A stretch of 64,000 nt of DNA, taken from positions 32,001 through 96,000 of the IMG/VR virus record IMGVR_UViG_3300011980_000002; one strand, 5' to 3'. Numbering within the stretch: the stretch's first letter is position 1; the number at the start of each line of letters is the position of its first letter. The stretch comes from a virus. The notes beneath the pieces are model-generated. The model saw only the letters and a list, made by a program, of their open reading frames with translations. It searched no databases and had not been told where the DNA came from. This document shows positions 54,571 to 62,601 of this stretch, piece after piece. The position numbers were made by a program, and so were the translations under genes.

Positions 54571-55320
54571 CTATTTATCATTTTCTTGTTTAAAATATTT
54601 ACGAAGCTCGTTTTTATCTTCACACCTTTTAACAAACTCTTCTGGTGACAGTTCAATTGACATTTTTTGTAATGCTGATACATAATTTAACATCATATTA
54701 CCAATATTGCTATTATTTTTATATTCTTCACTGAGCTCTTTCTCAACCTTATCTCTAATTGGTTTTGAGAACAGTTCCATAGCGTAACTTAGGTCTTGAT
54801 AATCATTTAATAGTTTCTCACCATCAGCAAGTGCTTTACTTGCTTTTGCATATGAAACATCAATAGGATTTGAGTTCTTGTAATCTTTCAACATCTTATT
54901 ACAGTCGTCTAATTGCTTGCTAATATCCTTATTCCTAGCATTCCTAGCTTCTTTAAGTTTAGCATATGCTATTTTCGAATTTTTTATTAGAAGTTCTGGA
55001 TCATTTCCGTATTTAGCAATATAAGCTTTTTTATATTCTCTTTCATATTGTCGTATGAGCCTATCAATTTTACGAGTATGTGCATCTTTAAAAATATTTT
55101 TTTTAACTCATTTACATATAGCTCTTATCTTTTCAACTATAGTGTTTATAACTTTCATAAAAATATTTTCTTTATTAGAACTATCATTTGAAGATTCTAA
55201 CAACAATTCTACAGATGATTCCATAGATAGTCTATCAATGATTAATTGAATATTTTCAATAAATATTTCGTTACTTAATATGATACAATCCTTGTTTTTT
55301 TTTTTGCATAATTGTATCAA
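54571..55320 (-). pseudogene. Fam-C paralog 11, disrupted (track fragments 55108-55320 and 54571-54894 are in one frame)
   Basis: A single in-frame TGA (55108-55110) lies exactly where paralogs have the Trp of IIDWIK. The frame is otherwise open for 249 codons. There is no in-frame ATG at the 5' end; the only ATG (55309-55307) is out of frame across an A11 tract. Confidence 0.65.
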
Positions 55321-55321
55321 C

Positions 55322-56170
55322 CTACTTTCTATAATATTCTAAAGCTAATCTATCAACATCTCTTTTATTATAAGATTTAAATCTCATAGCTTTATTCATA
55401 TTAAGTAATGTTAGTTCACATACAGCTTCATTATATGCTTCATTAACATCATTAGTTGAGTTTTCATTAGTCTTATTCATTAATACAGATTCAAATAATC
55501 CTGGTTGATATATGGTCTTATTTCTTTCATCTCTATTAAGAATAGCTAATCTTAGTTTTATTGCTGATTCAGATTTTACTTCATCATCATTTGCTAAACT
55601 ATCTTCTATTTCTTTAGCTTCTTCTCGTCTTTTTCTTATCTTTTCCTTCTCATAATCAACAACATCTTTTACATTGTTTTTTACGATTTCACTTACTTCA
55701 TCCAATGATGCATCTTTAGAGATTTCATCCAATACAGATTTTCTTTCGTCATCTAATCTGAATTCTGCTATCTCTTCTGGATTCTCTTTAGTATCTTTAT
55801 CTATAGATTCTTTTACTAATTTAGTAACTTTCTCCAATACAGTTTCTAAAGATTTATTACCATTCTTAATAGCCTCTTTAATATAACATAACAATCCTTC
55901 ATCGGCAGTTTGTTTATTAACGAAGTATTTGAACTTCTCATCTATATCTTTATTATTCGTATTAATATACTCATTATCTAAAGGAATACTTTGTTTATAG
56001 AATTTCCCAAATATATGACAAAGACAATCATTTATTCCTTTATCAGTATTTACTATTAATACATTATTTCTGTATAATGGAGAGTTTTTAAATTTAATAC
56101 TATCTTCAGATTTTCTTTTTTCATCATTTACTCTACTGATGAAATCTAAAACTCTATTATCATTTTCCAT
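55322..56170 (-). CDS. Hypothetical acidic helical protein
   Basis: SD aaaggatt upstream on the minus strand. Part of the minus-strand operon 60822 to 54571. Confidence 0.6.
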   Translation of the reverse strand: MENDNRVLDFISRVNDEKRKSEDSIKFKNSPLYRNNVLIVNTDKGINDCLCHIFGKFYKQSIPLDNEYINTNNKDIDEKFKYFVNKQTADEGLLCYIKEAIKNGNKSLETVLEKVTKLVKESIDKDTKENPEEIAEFRLDDERKSVLDEISKDASLDEVSEIVKNNVKDVVDYEKEKIRKRREEAKEIEDSLANDDEVKSESAIKLRLAILNRDERNKTIYQPGLFESVLMNKTNENSTNDVNEAYNEAVCELTLLNMNKAMRFKSYNKRDVDRLALEYYRK

Positions 56171-56225
56171 AATAATATTAATAATCCTTTCTTTATAATT
56201 TTATTAAGCATTATTCCTATGTTTT

Positions 56226-59021
56226 TTATTCATCATAGAAGGTAAGATGAATATTATCATAGTTAACGACTAATACCTCTGGTACATATCTAAGATGTTC
56301 TTCTTTAGTTAAACTATCCAAATCTGTGGTATTATTCTTAACAGTCTGATACTTAGGATCATAGTTATTAATACCAATAAACTTAATATGATGAACATAA
56401 GCAAATCTATTTTCTATAGCTTTTAACATGTTAGAGTTAAAGAAGTTATTAGTTCCTTCTTCATTAATAGACTCTAAATATTTCTTTATGAAATGCCTTA
56501 ATTCTTCATCAGCTTTCAACTTATCTGTATTAGCATATACCCAGACATAATATCTGATAGATATATTAATCGTATCGATAATCTGTTCACCATCTACATT
56601 ATCACCAATAATAAAGTTCTTAGATTTACCATAAGTATTATAGAATTTCAAATCTATATGAGTAGAGGTTTTAAGAAATTCTACAGATTTCTCTAAGTTA
56701 ATATATTGGTCTATAAATGTCTTATTAAAATAATCCATCTTCTCTTCATTTTTAATTACATCTACTCCTAATAATGGTACTGAATTTAATGTAACATCAT
56801 TAATAGTATTACCAGCTAATCTCCAGTCTTTAAATACTAAGTGTGATTTAATTAAGTTTAATGGTTTAATAAAGATTAATGGGTCATTTGTAGTACTGTA
56901 TTTATTAGTCCAATCATAACCAGCTAATGTGCTATCAAATCTACTGAATCTATTATTAGCTCCAGTCTTTTTCCATAATACATAAATATCACATACTGTT
57001 TTCATTGGAATTAACATATCTTCACTATCTACCATTTTAACAAACCCGTTAGTTAATCTGAATTTATCATTATTAGTTACATGGTTATCTGTCCATATTT
57101 GTCCTTTAAAATGAAAATCATTAACTAACCCAGCATTAGTAGGGATAAGCTCTGTAAAGCATAATTCTCTATCTTTTTTATCTTTAATCACAACGATTAC
57201 TCTGAGATTATTATCTTTAACCTTATCAGCCCTACCAAAATGCTCAACAGGCTTCATATCTTCAGGTATAGTATGAGCTGGAATTACTGCTGTATTAAAA
57301 GTATACTTATTAGTATTATCTAACTTTCTATTTAGTTTGATATTAGTTAAAATAAATTGCTCAAACATAGTTAGATTCTGGTCTATAAAATCTACTATAG
57401 AGTTTTGACTAATAGTGGTTAAATATAAACCTACTAAGTTAGGAGATTTATTTATAGATATTAGAAATGGATTTACATATAAAAATGGATATTGTGATTT
57501 AGCTGTATCTAAATTAGTATTAAATATATCCATCTTTAAATCTATATTTTTATTCTTTAAGAATTTCCATATAGAGAATTTATGCTCATCTAAACTTCTA
57601 TCTGTTAAATATTGTCTATATTCATTATTCAAATCTGTCCAATTAGTTTTATTAGTAACTACTTCACAATTAATGCCATCACTCTTATAAGTAAATAAAG
57701 TTCCAGGATTAATAACAAAACGAGTTTCCTCTGTCCTAGCAAATTGGTCTAAGTTCATATCTATATAAACCGTATTTGTAGGATAAATGAAATCATCTTT
57801 TCTCATTATTAAATATCCATTATAAAGTCTATCTACAACATCATCTCTCGATTTAATGAATTTACATTCGTTACCAAATCTATACTTATAATTATTGAAA
57901 TATTCTTCCAAATCATTATCAGTACTATAAACTGTAGCGGTTCTAAATCCTTCAACTGCTAAAGCTTGTAATTCTTCATCTGTCATAGCATCTTTACCAC
58001 CGGAAGAACTTCCCATTACTTTAGCGGTAATAAAGAAGTTATCGTTATAAGGATATCTTTCAGATGTTGTTACCATAGTAACATCTTTTCCGGTATATAC
58101 ATCAAAATCTCCTTCTTTACCTTTAGTGAGATAAAGTATAATCTTACACTCTGAATTAAAGTCTGGTTGAAAGTAATTATTCCTATTACCAAAAGTTATC
58201 GTTAATGATTTCAAATCATCAACTGAATAAAAACAGAATGGTTCTTTTAATGGAGATGAGAATTTTAATAATGGTTTTAATTTAGTATTAAAATCTTTAT
58301 CTGTAGAAGATTTATAGAATATATCAAATCCGGCTATCTGACTTGTTAGTTTTATTTTAATACTAGGAAGATTAATCTTAGTATTATTAATAATTTGCTC
58401 ATATTCAGTTCTTCTATTATATTGCTGACATCTTACATATAAACCTAAATATCCATTAGCTCCTTTATTTATTCGTATATAAGGAGTTTCTACTATAGAT
58501 ATAGAATTAGGTTTATCTATTACATATTGAGCTGAATATACATATGTATTTAATGTATTATTCCTATAAGCTCTTATCATTATATCATAATCAAAACTAT
58601 ATACCCTATCTTCTACTACTATTTTAGTATCTTTGTCTATATAGAATACATTTTGTCCATTATCTTGTTCGAAATTCTTTTGTACATAATCTTCATTTAA
58701 TACTAAAAGAAAATCGCATGAAGATGGTCTTGCTATTCCACCATCTATATGGAATAATGAAGCATAACTCATAATACTTGATGGGAGCTTAGCTCTATTA
58801 GGATACATCTCATCATGTAATATACTAATAGAGTTATAGGTATCTTCTAATCCATCTGATATTAACTCTGTAACATAACCCATTAGTCCTATATTCAAAT
58901 CAGATACTTTCTCAGTATCAAAATATTTAGGTACTAAAGTTTTTTTAGCATAATCTTTAATAGAGAAATTATCCATATAATCTCTATGGATAATTTCTGG
59001 ATTTTTCTTATTTATTGCCAT
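56226..59021 (-). CDS. Large (931 aa) virion structural protein candidate (baseplate/tail-type is a guess)
   Basis: Long ORF with SD ggaaggga, co-oriented with the SH3-domain protein gene. No motif-level assignment. Confidence 0.55.
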   Translation of the reverse strand: MAINKKNPEIIHRDYMDNFSIKDYAKKTLVPKYFDTEKVSDLNIGLMGYVTELISDGLEDTYNSISILHDEMYPNRAKLPSSIMSYASLFHIDGGIARPSSCDFLLVLNEDYVQKNFEQDNGQNVFYIDKDTKIVVEDRVYSFDYDIMIRAYRNNTLNTYVYSAQYVIDKPNSISIVETPYIRINKGANGYLGLYVRCQQYNRRTEYEQIINNTKINLPSIKIKLTSQIAGFDIFYKSSTDKDFNTKLKPLLKFSSPLKEPFCFYSVDDLKSLTITFGNRNNYFQPDFNSECKIILYLTKGKEGDFDVYTGKDVTMVTTSERYPYNDNFFITAKVMGSSSGGKDAMTDEELQALAVEGFRTATVYSTDNDLEEYFNNYKYRFGNECKFIKSRDDVVDRLYNGYLIMRKDDFIYPTNTVYIDMNLDQFARTEETRFVINPGTLFTYKSDGINCEVVTNKTNWTDLNNEYRQYLTDRSLDEHKFSIWKFLKNKNIDLKMDIFNTNLDTAKSQYPFLYVNPFLISINKSPNLVGLYLTTISQNSIVDFIDQNLTMFEQFILTNIKLNRKLDNTNKYTFNTAVIPAHTIPEDMKPVEHFGRADKVKDNNLRVIVVIKDKKDRELCFTELIPTNAGLVNDFHFKGQIWTDNHVTNNDKFRLTNGFVKMVDSEDMLIPMKTVCDIYVLWKKTGANNRFSRFDSTLAGYDWTNKYSTTNDPLIFIKPLNLIKSHLVFKDWRLAGNTINDVTLNSVPLLGVDVIKNEEKMDYFNKTFIDQYINLEKSVEFLKTSTHIDLKFYNTYGKSKNFIIGDNVDGEQIIDTINISIRYYVWVYANTDKLKADEELRHFIKKYLESINEEGTNNFFNSNMLKAIENRFAYVHHIKFIGINNYDPKYQTVKNNTTDLDSLTKEEHLRYVPEVLVVNYDNIHLTFYDE

Positions 59022-59064
59022 GATAATTCCCTTCCTATTATAATAAGTTAAGGTTTAGTACTAT

Positions 59065-60822
59065 CTATTTTTTCTTACCAGTAGATTTCTTACTTGGTGG
59101 TTTGTATGCAGGTTTCTTATTAGCATTCTTTCCTTTACCTTTACTACTCTTAGATTTTGTACCTGCTGTTTTATTACCCATATCTGTTTTTACATTAGAT
59201 GTGGCTACAACTTGTCTACCAGACTTTTTAGCTTCTCTAAATCTTAATTTAAAGGTATAAGCAGGCATTCCTGTAGTATTAAAGGTTTCTATAAATGGTG
59301 CACCAACCCATGTTGTATTTACCATATAATCACCATTATTAATTACTGGTACATATGCAAATCCATTGCTCTTTTTAGAATTCATATTAAATTCTACTAA
59401 TGATAATGGATTGTAATCTTCTTTAAATGAGTATTGATATCTTATCTCTATACTCGGATTACTAAGAATATTACCAGCAGCCCATGAGTATTGAGCAGAT
59501 GGAATTGTTTGTGGGAATACTCCATAATACTTAGACCAGAAAATTACAGTTTCACCATCTTCCGCAGTTACGATATAATATAGACAAGTTGCATAATCCA
59601 TTATCTTATCTATTATATATTCATGCTTAGGATTTATCATTCCTTGGAATACACCTGATATATAATCTGCCCACATCTTATGTAAATGGAACACATGAAG
59701 ATTTCTATCGTCATAATACTCTATACTAAAATCTCCAGCAGTCTTAGACTCTATATTACTTTTACCATATGCTACTTGATGACCTGTGAAAGTTTTACCA
59801 TATTTACTCACATTAATGAATTCATCAGTAACATTAAATGACCTTGCTCTATTAGATAGATACATCATAAAGTCTGAATCATATCCACCGTCCATTACTA
59901 ATTGTCTTAGTATCTCAGGAGAGTTGTGATATGCATAAACAAAGTTAGGGTCATTTTTTAACCCTTCTACTAAGTCATAATTTTCACCAGCTCTAACTAA
60001 TATATTACAATCAGGTCTTACAAAAAATACATGGGGATAGCATTTAGCAAGTACATCATTACCTTGGTTTGTCTTAAACCTATTATATGAATTAGTGTAT
60101 TTTCTAAAGAGTTCATCTCTACTATAAAGACCAAAATTAAGACTATCTCTAATCTTATCCATATCTTCCAGTATCTTATCTCTCTCATAATCCATATGGT
60201 AGTTATATTCATACCATTGCTTATCTTGATCACTATTAAATCTGATTTTAGGTGGATAACCTGCTTTATTTTGAACTAAAGAAGGATCTCTTTCATTAAG
60301 TTTCTTTAACTCTGCTTGAGTCATTCTTCCTGCAACTTTTCTTAAATACCAATCTTTATTCCTATCTATTTTAGCTCCATCATATAAAGCATCATCAAAG
60401 TAATAAGTATTTTCTTTCTTATTCTTCCATAAAGCTGCGGAACCATCTAGTGGGAATTTATCATAACCTTCTATCTGTTGTTCACCACCAAGCATATTAT
60501 TCAATGCAGACTCAATATCTTCTTGACTTGGACCTTCAGGTGGCTTAGGTGCTTCTTCTGCTTTAGGTTGTTCGGCAGGTTGTTGTTCTTGTGTTCCTTG
60601 GTCTATATGTAAGAATGGATAAGAGTAACGAGGGTCTTGTTGACATACCCAGTTACCATTGTATTTAACCCATACCCATCCACCACCAGGAGCAGTTGTC
60701 TCTAATTCACCTACATCTATAGTAGTACCTTTAGCAAGTTTACCTACTATACGAGTTTGTATAGATGGACCTTGACGAATATTAAGTCTTGTTTGTCTTG
60801 TTGTAACGGTCGCAGTTGCCAT
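59065..60822 (-). CDS. Protein with an N-terminal SH3b-like domain, a P/E/Q linker, a large unknown domain and a Lys-rich tail
   Basis: TRLNIRQGPSIQTRIVGKLAKGTTIDVGE...GGWVWVKYNGNWV is bacterial-SH3-like. ATG at 60822 with SD aaggag; the track start at 60831 is a TTG. C-terminus KSKSSKGKGKNANKKPAYKPPSKKSTGKKK. Confidence 0.6.
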   Translation of the reverse strand: MATATVTTRQTRLNIRQGPSIQTRIVGKLAKGTTIDVGELETTAPGGGWVWVKYNGNWVCQQDPRYSYPFLHIDQGTQEQQPAEQPKAEEAPKPPEGPSQEDIESALNNMLGGEQQIEGYDKFPLDGSAALWKNKKENTYYFDDALYDGAKIDRNKDWYLRKVAGRMTQAELKKLNERDPSLVQNKAGYPPKIRFNSDQDKQWYEYNYHMDYERDKILEDMDKIRDSLNFGLYSRDELFRKYTNSYNRFKTNQGNDVLAKCYPHVFFVRPDCNILVRAGENYDLVEGLKNDPNFVYAYHNSPEILRQLVMDGGYDSDFMMYLSNRARSFNVTDEFINVSKYGKTFTGHQVAYGKSNIESKTAGDFSIEYYDDRNLHVFHLHKMWADYISGVFQGMINPKHEYIIDKIMDYATCLYYIVTAEDGETVIFWSKYYGVFPQTIPSAQYSWAAGNILSNPSIEIRYQYSFKEDYNPLSLVEFNMNSKKSNGFAYVPVINNGDYMVNTTWVGAPFIETFNTTGMPAYTFKLRFREAKKSGRQVVATSNVKTDMGNKTAGTKSKSSKGKGKNANKKPAYKPPSKKSTGKKK

Positions 60823-60969
60823 AGTATACAACTCCTTCCTTTCCTTTATAAATTATTATGTGTTGCTTTAAGCTAATGTTTTTTATAGGGTTTTTCAATA
60901 AATGTGATGAATTTATATATTATAAATATGGATACTTAATTTAATAGAAAGGATAATTGGTTACAACAA

Positions 60970-61215
60970 ATGGCTAGAAGAAAGAGTAGTAATAATAGAG
61001 GTATAGATTTAAAGAACGGATTAAAATTGATAGAATCCGTGATTAATCTAATGACAAATGAAACTATCCAAAAGAGTATATTTGGAGAGTACTCGGATGG
61101 TAATACTAGAAGTATTATGGATAGTTTAAATGGAGAAGTGCTATCACCTAAGCAAAAAGCCAGAAAGCTTTATAAGAAGAAAAAGAAAGCTGGTAAAAAG
61201 AAATTAAAATTATAA
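60970..61215 (+). CDS. Small basic hypothetical protein
   Basis: SD tagaaaggat, Lys-rich C-terminus. Confidence 0.55.
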   Translation: MARRKSSNNRGIDLKNGLKLIESVINLMTNETIQKSIFGEYSDGNTRSIMDSLNGEVLSPKQKARKLYKKKKKAGKKKLKL

Positions 61216-61221
61216 GATAAT

Positions 61222-61241
61222 TATATAATATTATGATGTAG
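61222..61241 (+). promoter_or_regulatory. Early-type promoter-like motif
   Basis: tatataatattatgatgtag. Confidence 0.4.
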
Positions 61242-61282
61242 TCGTATAATTAATATTAACATATTAAAGGAGAAAGAAATAT

Positions 61283-61456
61283 ATGAAAAAGAAAGATGAA
61301 ATATTAAGTTGTGGTTTATTTGCAGTAGGTTCTATAGCTTGTACATTTCTCTCAGCAGCTCTCGGAGCTATATCTGTAGCGAAAGGTATTAAATGTGCAA
61401 ATGATGAGAAAAACAAGGATATACTCCGAAAGGAGTTAGAGAGGTTTGATTCATAA
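61283..61456 (+). CDS. 57-aa small membrane protein (not in the ORF track)
   Basis: Consensus SD aaaggagaaagaaatat, ATG at 61283. MKKKDEILSCGLFAVGSIACTFLSAALGAISVAKG.. (one TM helix), with a terminator downstream. Confidence 0.55.
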   Translation: MKKKDEILSCGLFAVGSIACTFLSAALGAISVAKGIKCANDEKNKDILRKELERFDS

Positions 61457-61464
61457 AAATATTC

Positions 61465-61502
61465 GGGTAGAAGATTAAATTCTTCTACCCTTTATTTTTT
61501 TT
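61465..61502. terminator. Bidirectional terminator
   Basis: gggtagaag / cttctaccc followed by a T-tract, between convergent genes. Confidence 0.7.
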
Positions 61503-62472
61503 ATTTAAATCTTGCATTATATTTTCTACCATACTCGTCAGTTGCTATCATGGTAGATCTATTAAGAGATAATTTAGACTGTATTGGTAATGGATAATCT
61601 GATATTACATTTCCATTACTATCTGTAGCAATATACTCATAGTCATCTAAATCATCTTGATTTATTAATACTGATAATTTAACATCTTGATTTTCATACT
61701 TAAGATATGCATCAACATCTTCACCCCTATTATCTATTTCTCCTAAGTCAATATTTCCTATTGCTGAAGCAAATGCATCATCATCCATATCATCAATAGT
61801 AAGATTATCCGTATCATTAATGATAGCTCCTCTATTACTAATGATACCTTTAAGGTATTGAGCCGCATATGAATTAAGGTCTTCACCTTCTAATCCACCA
61901 ATTCCTTTTTCTTTAGCTTCTTTCATTGCTAGTTCAGCTATAGTTTTCTTTAATCCGATTTTTTCTTTAACTAAAGAAACAGATAACTGTCTTGCTTGAG
62001 TTAATGTAGAAATTAAATCTGTAGTAAATTTACCCAATCCACTAGAAGTAGTCTTCCTACTATTCATAGCATCATATTTAGACTGTAAACTCTCTACAAA
62101 TCTATTCTGGTCTACTAATAGGTTATTAAGTAAAGCTCCTTCAGTTTCAAATTCTTTATTATAATCAGTTAACTCATCTTTCTTCTTGTGTTTATTTTTT
62201 TTCTTCTTACCACCATCTTCAGCAAATATATTCTTAACAGATTTAGTTCTTATCTTATTATTAGACAATGTGGTTAATGTAGTTAGCCACATACTGGCAG
62301 TATCTTCATTATCCTCATCTTCCTTATCTTTTTCTTTCTTTTCTTTTTTACTATTAGTAATTAGAAATGGTACAGGTTCATTAGATAAATTATCTAAATC
62401 TTCGAATACTTTTTTCTTTCGATTTATCGGTAATTCATACTCATCAAACAATGAGCTGTCTTTATCTTTCAT
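61501..62472 (-). CDS. Hypothetical protein (charged N-terminal region)
   Basis: 323-aa ORF, divergent from the DNA polymerase gene. Confidence 0.6.
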   Translation of the reverse strand: MKDKDSSLFDEYELPINRKKKVFEDLDNLSNEPVPFLITNSKKEKKEKDKEDEDNEDTASMWLTTLTTLSNNKIRTKSVKNIFAEDGGKKKKNKHKKKDELTDYNKEFETEGALLNNLLVDQNRFVESLQSKYDAMNSRKTTSSGLGKFTTDLISTLTQARQLSVSLVKEKIGLKKTIAELAMKEAKEKGIGGLEGEDLNSYAAQYLKGIISNRGAIINDTDNLTIDDMDDDAFASAIGNIDLGEIDNRGEDVDAYLKYENQDVKLSVLINQDDLDDYEYIATDSNGNVISDYPLPIQSKLSLNRSTMIATDEYGRKYNARFK

Positions 62473-62601
62473 ACAATAAGTATTTCCTTTCTTCTATATG
62501 ATTTACTGTTTTGTTAAATCTAAGTATTTTAATATAAGCTAAAAAACAGAACCCTAATTGAGAATTATGTAAAGAATAAGAAAGGGTTTTATAGAAGAAT
62601 T

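Noticed and set aside
5524-55110. Possibility of stop-codon reassignment, because in-frame TAA (5524), TAG (7156) and TGA (55108) occur inside otherwise open frames.
   Set aside because: Three different stop codons are involved, each only once. Nearly all genes end in TAA. TAG ends about 10 well-delimited genes, e.g. 54571 and 59065. TGA ends 35416-37359 cleanly. Isolated lesions in redundant paralogs fit pseudogenisation better.
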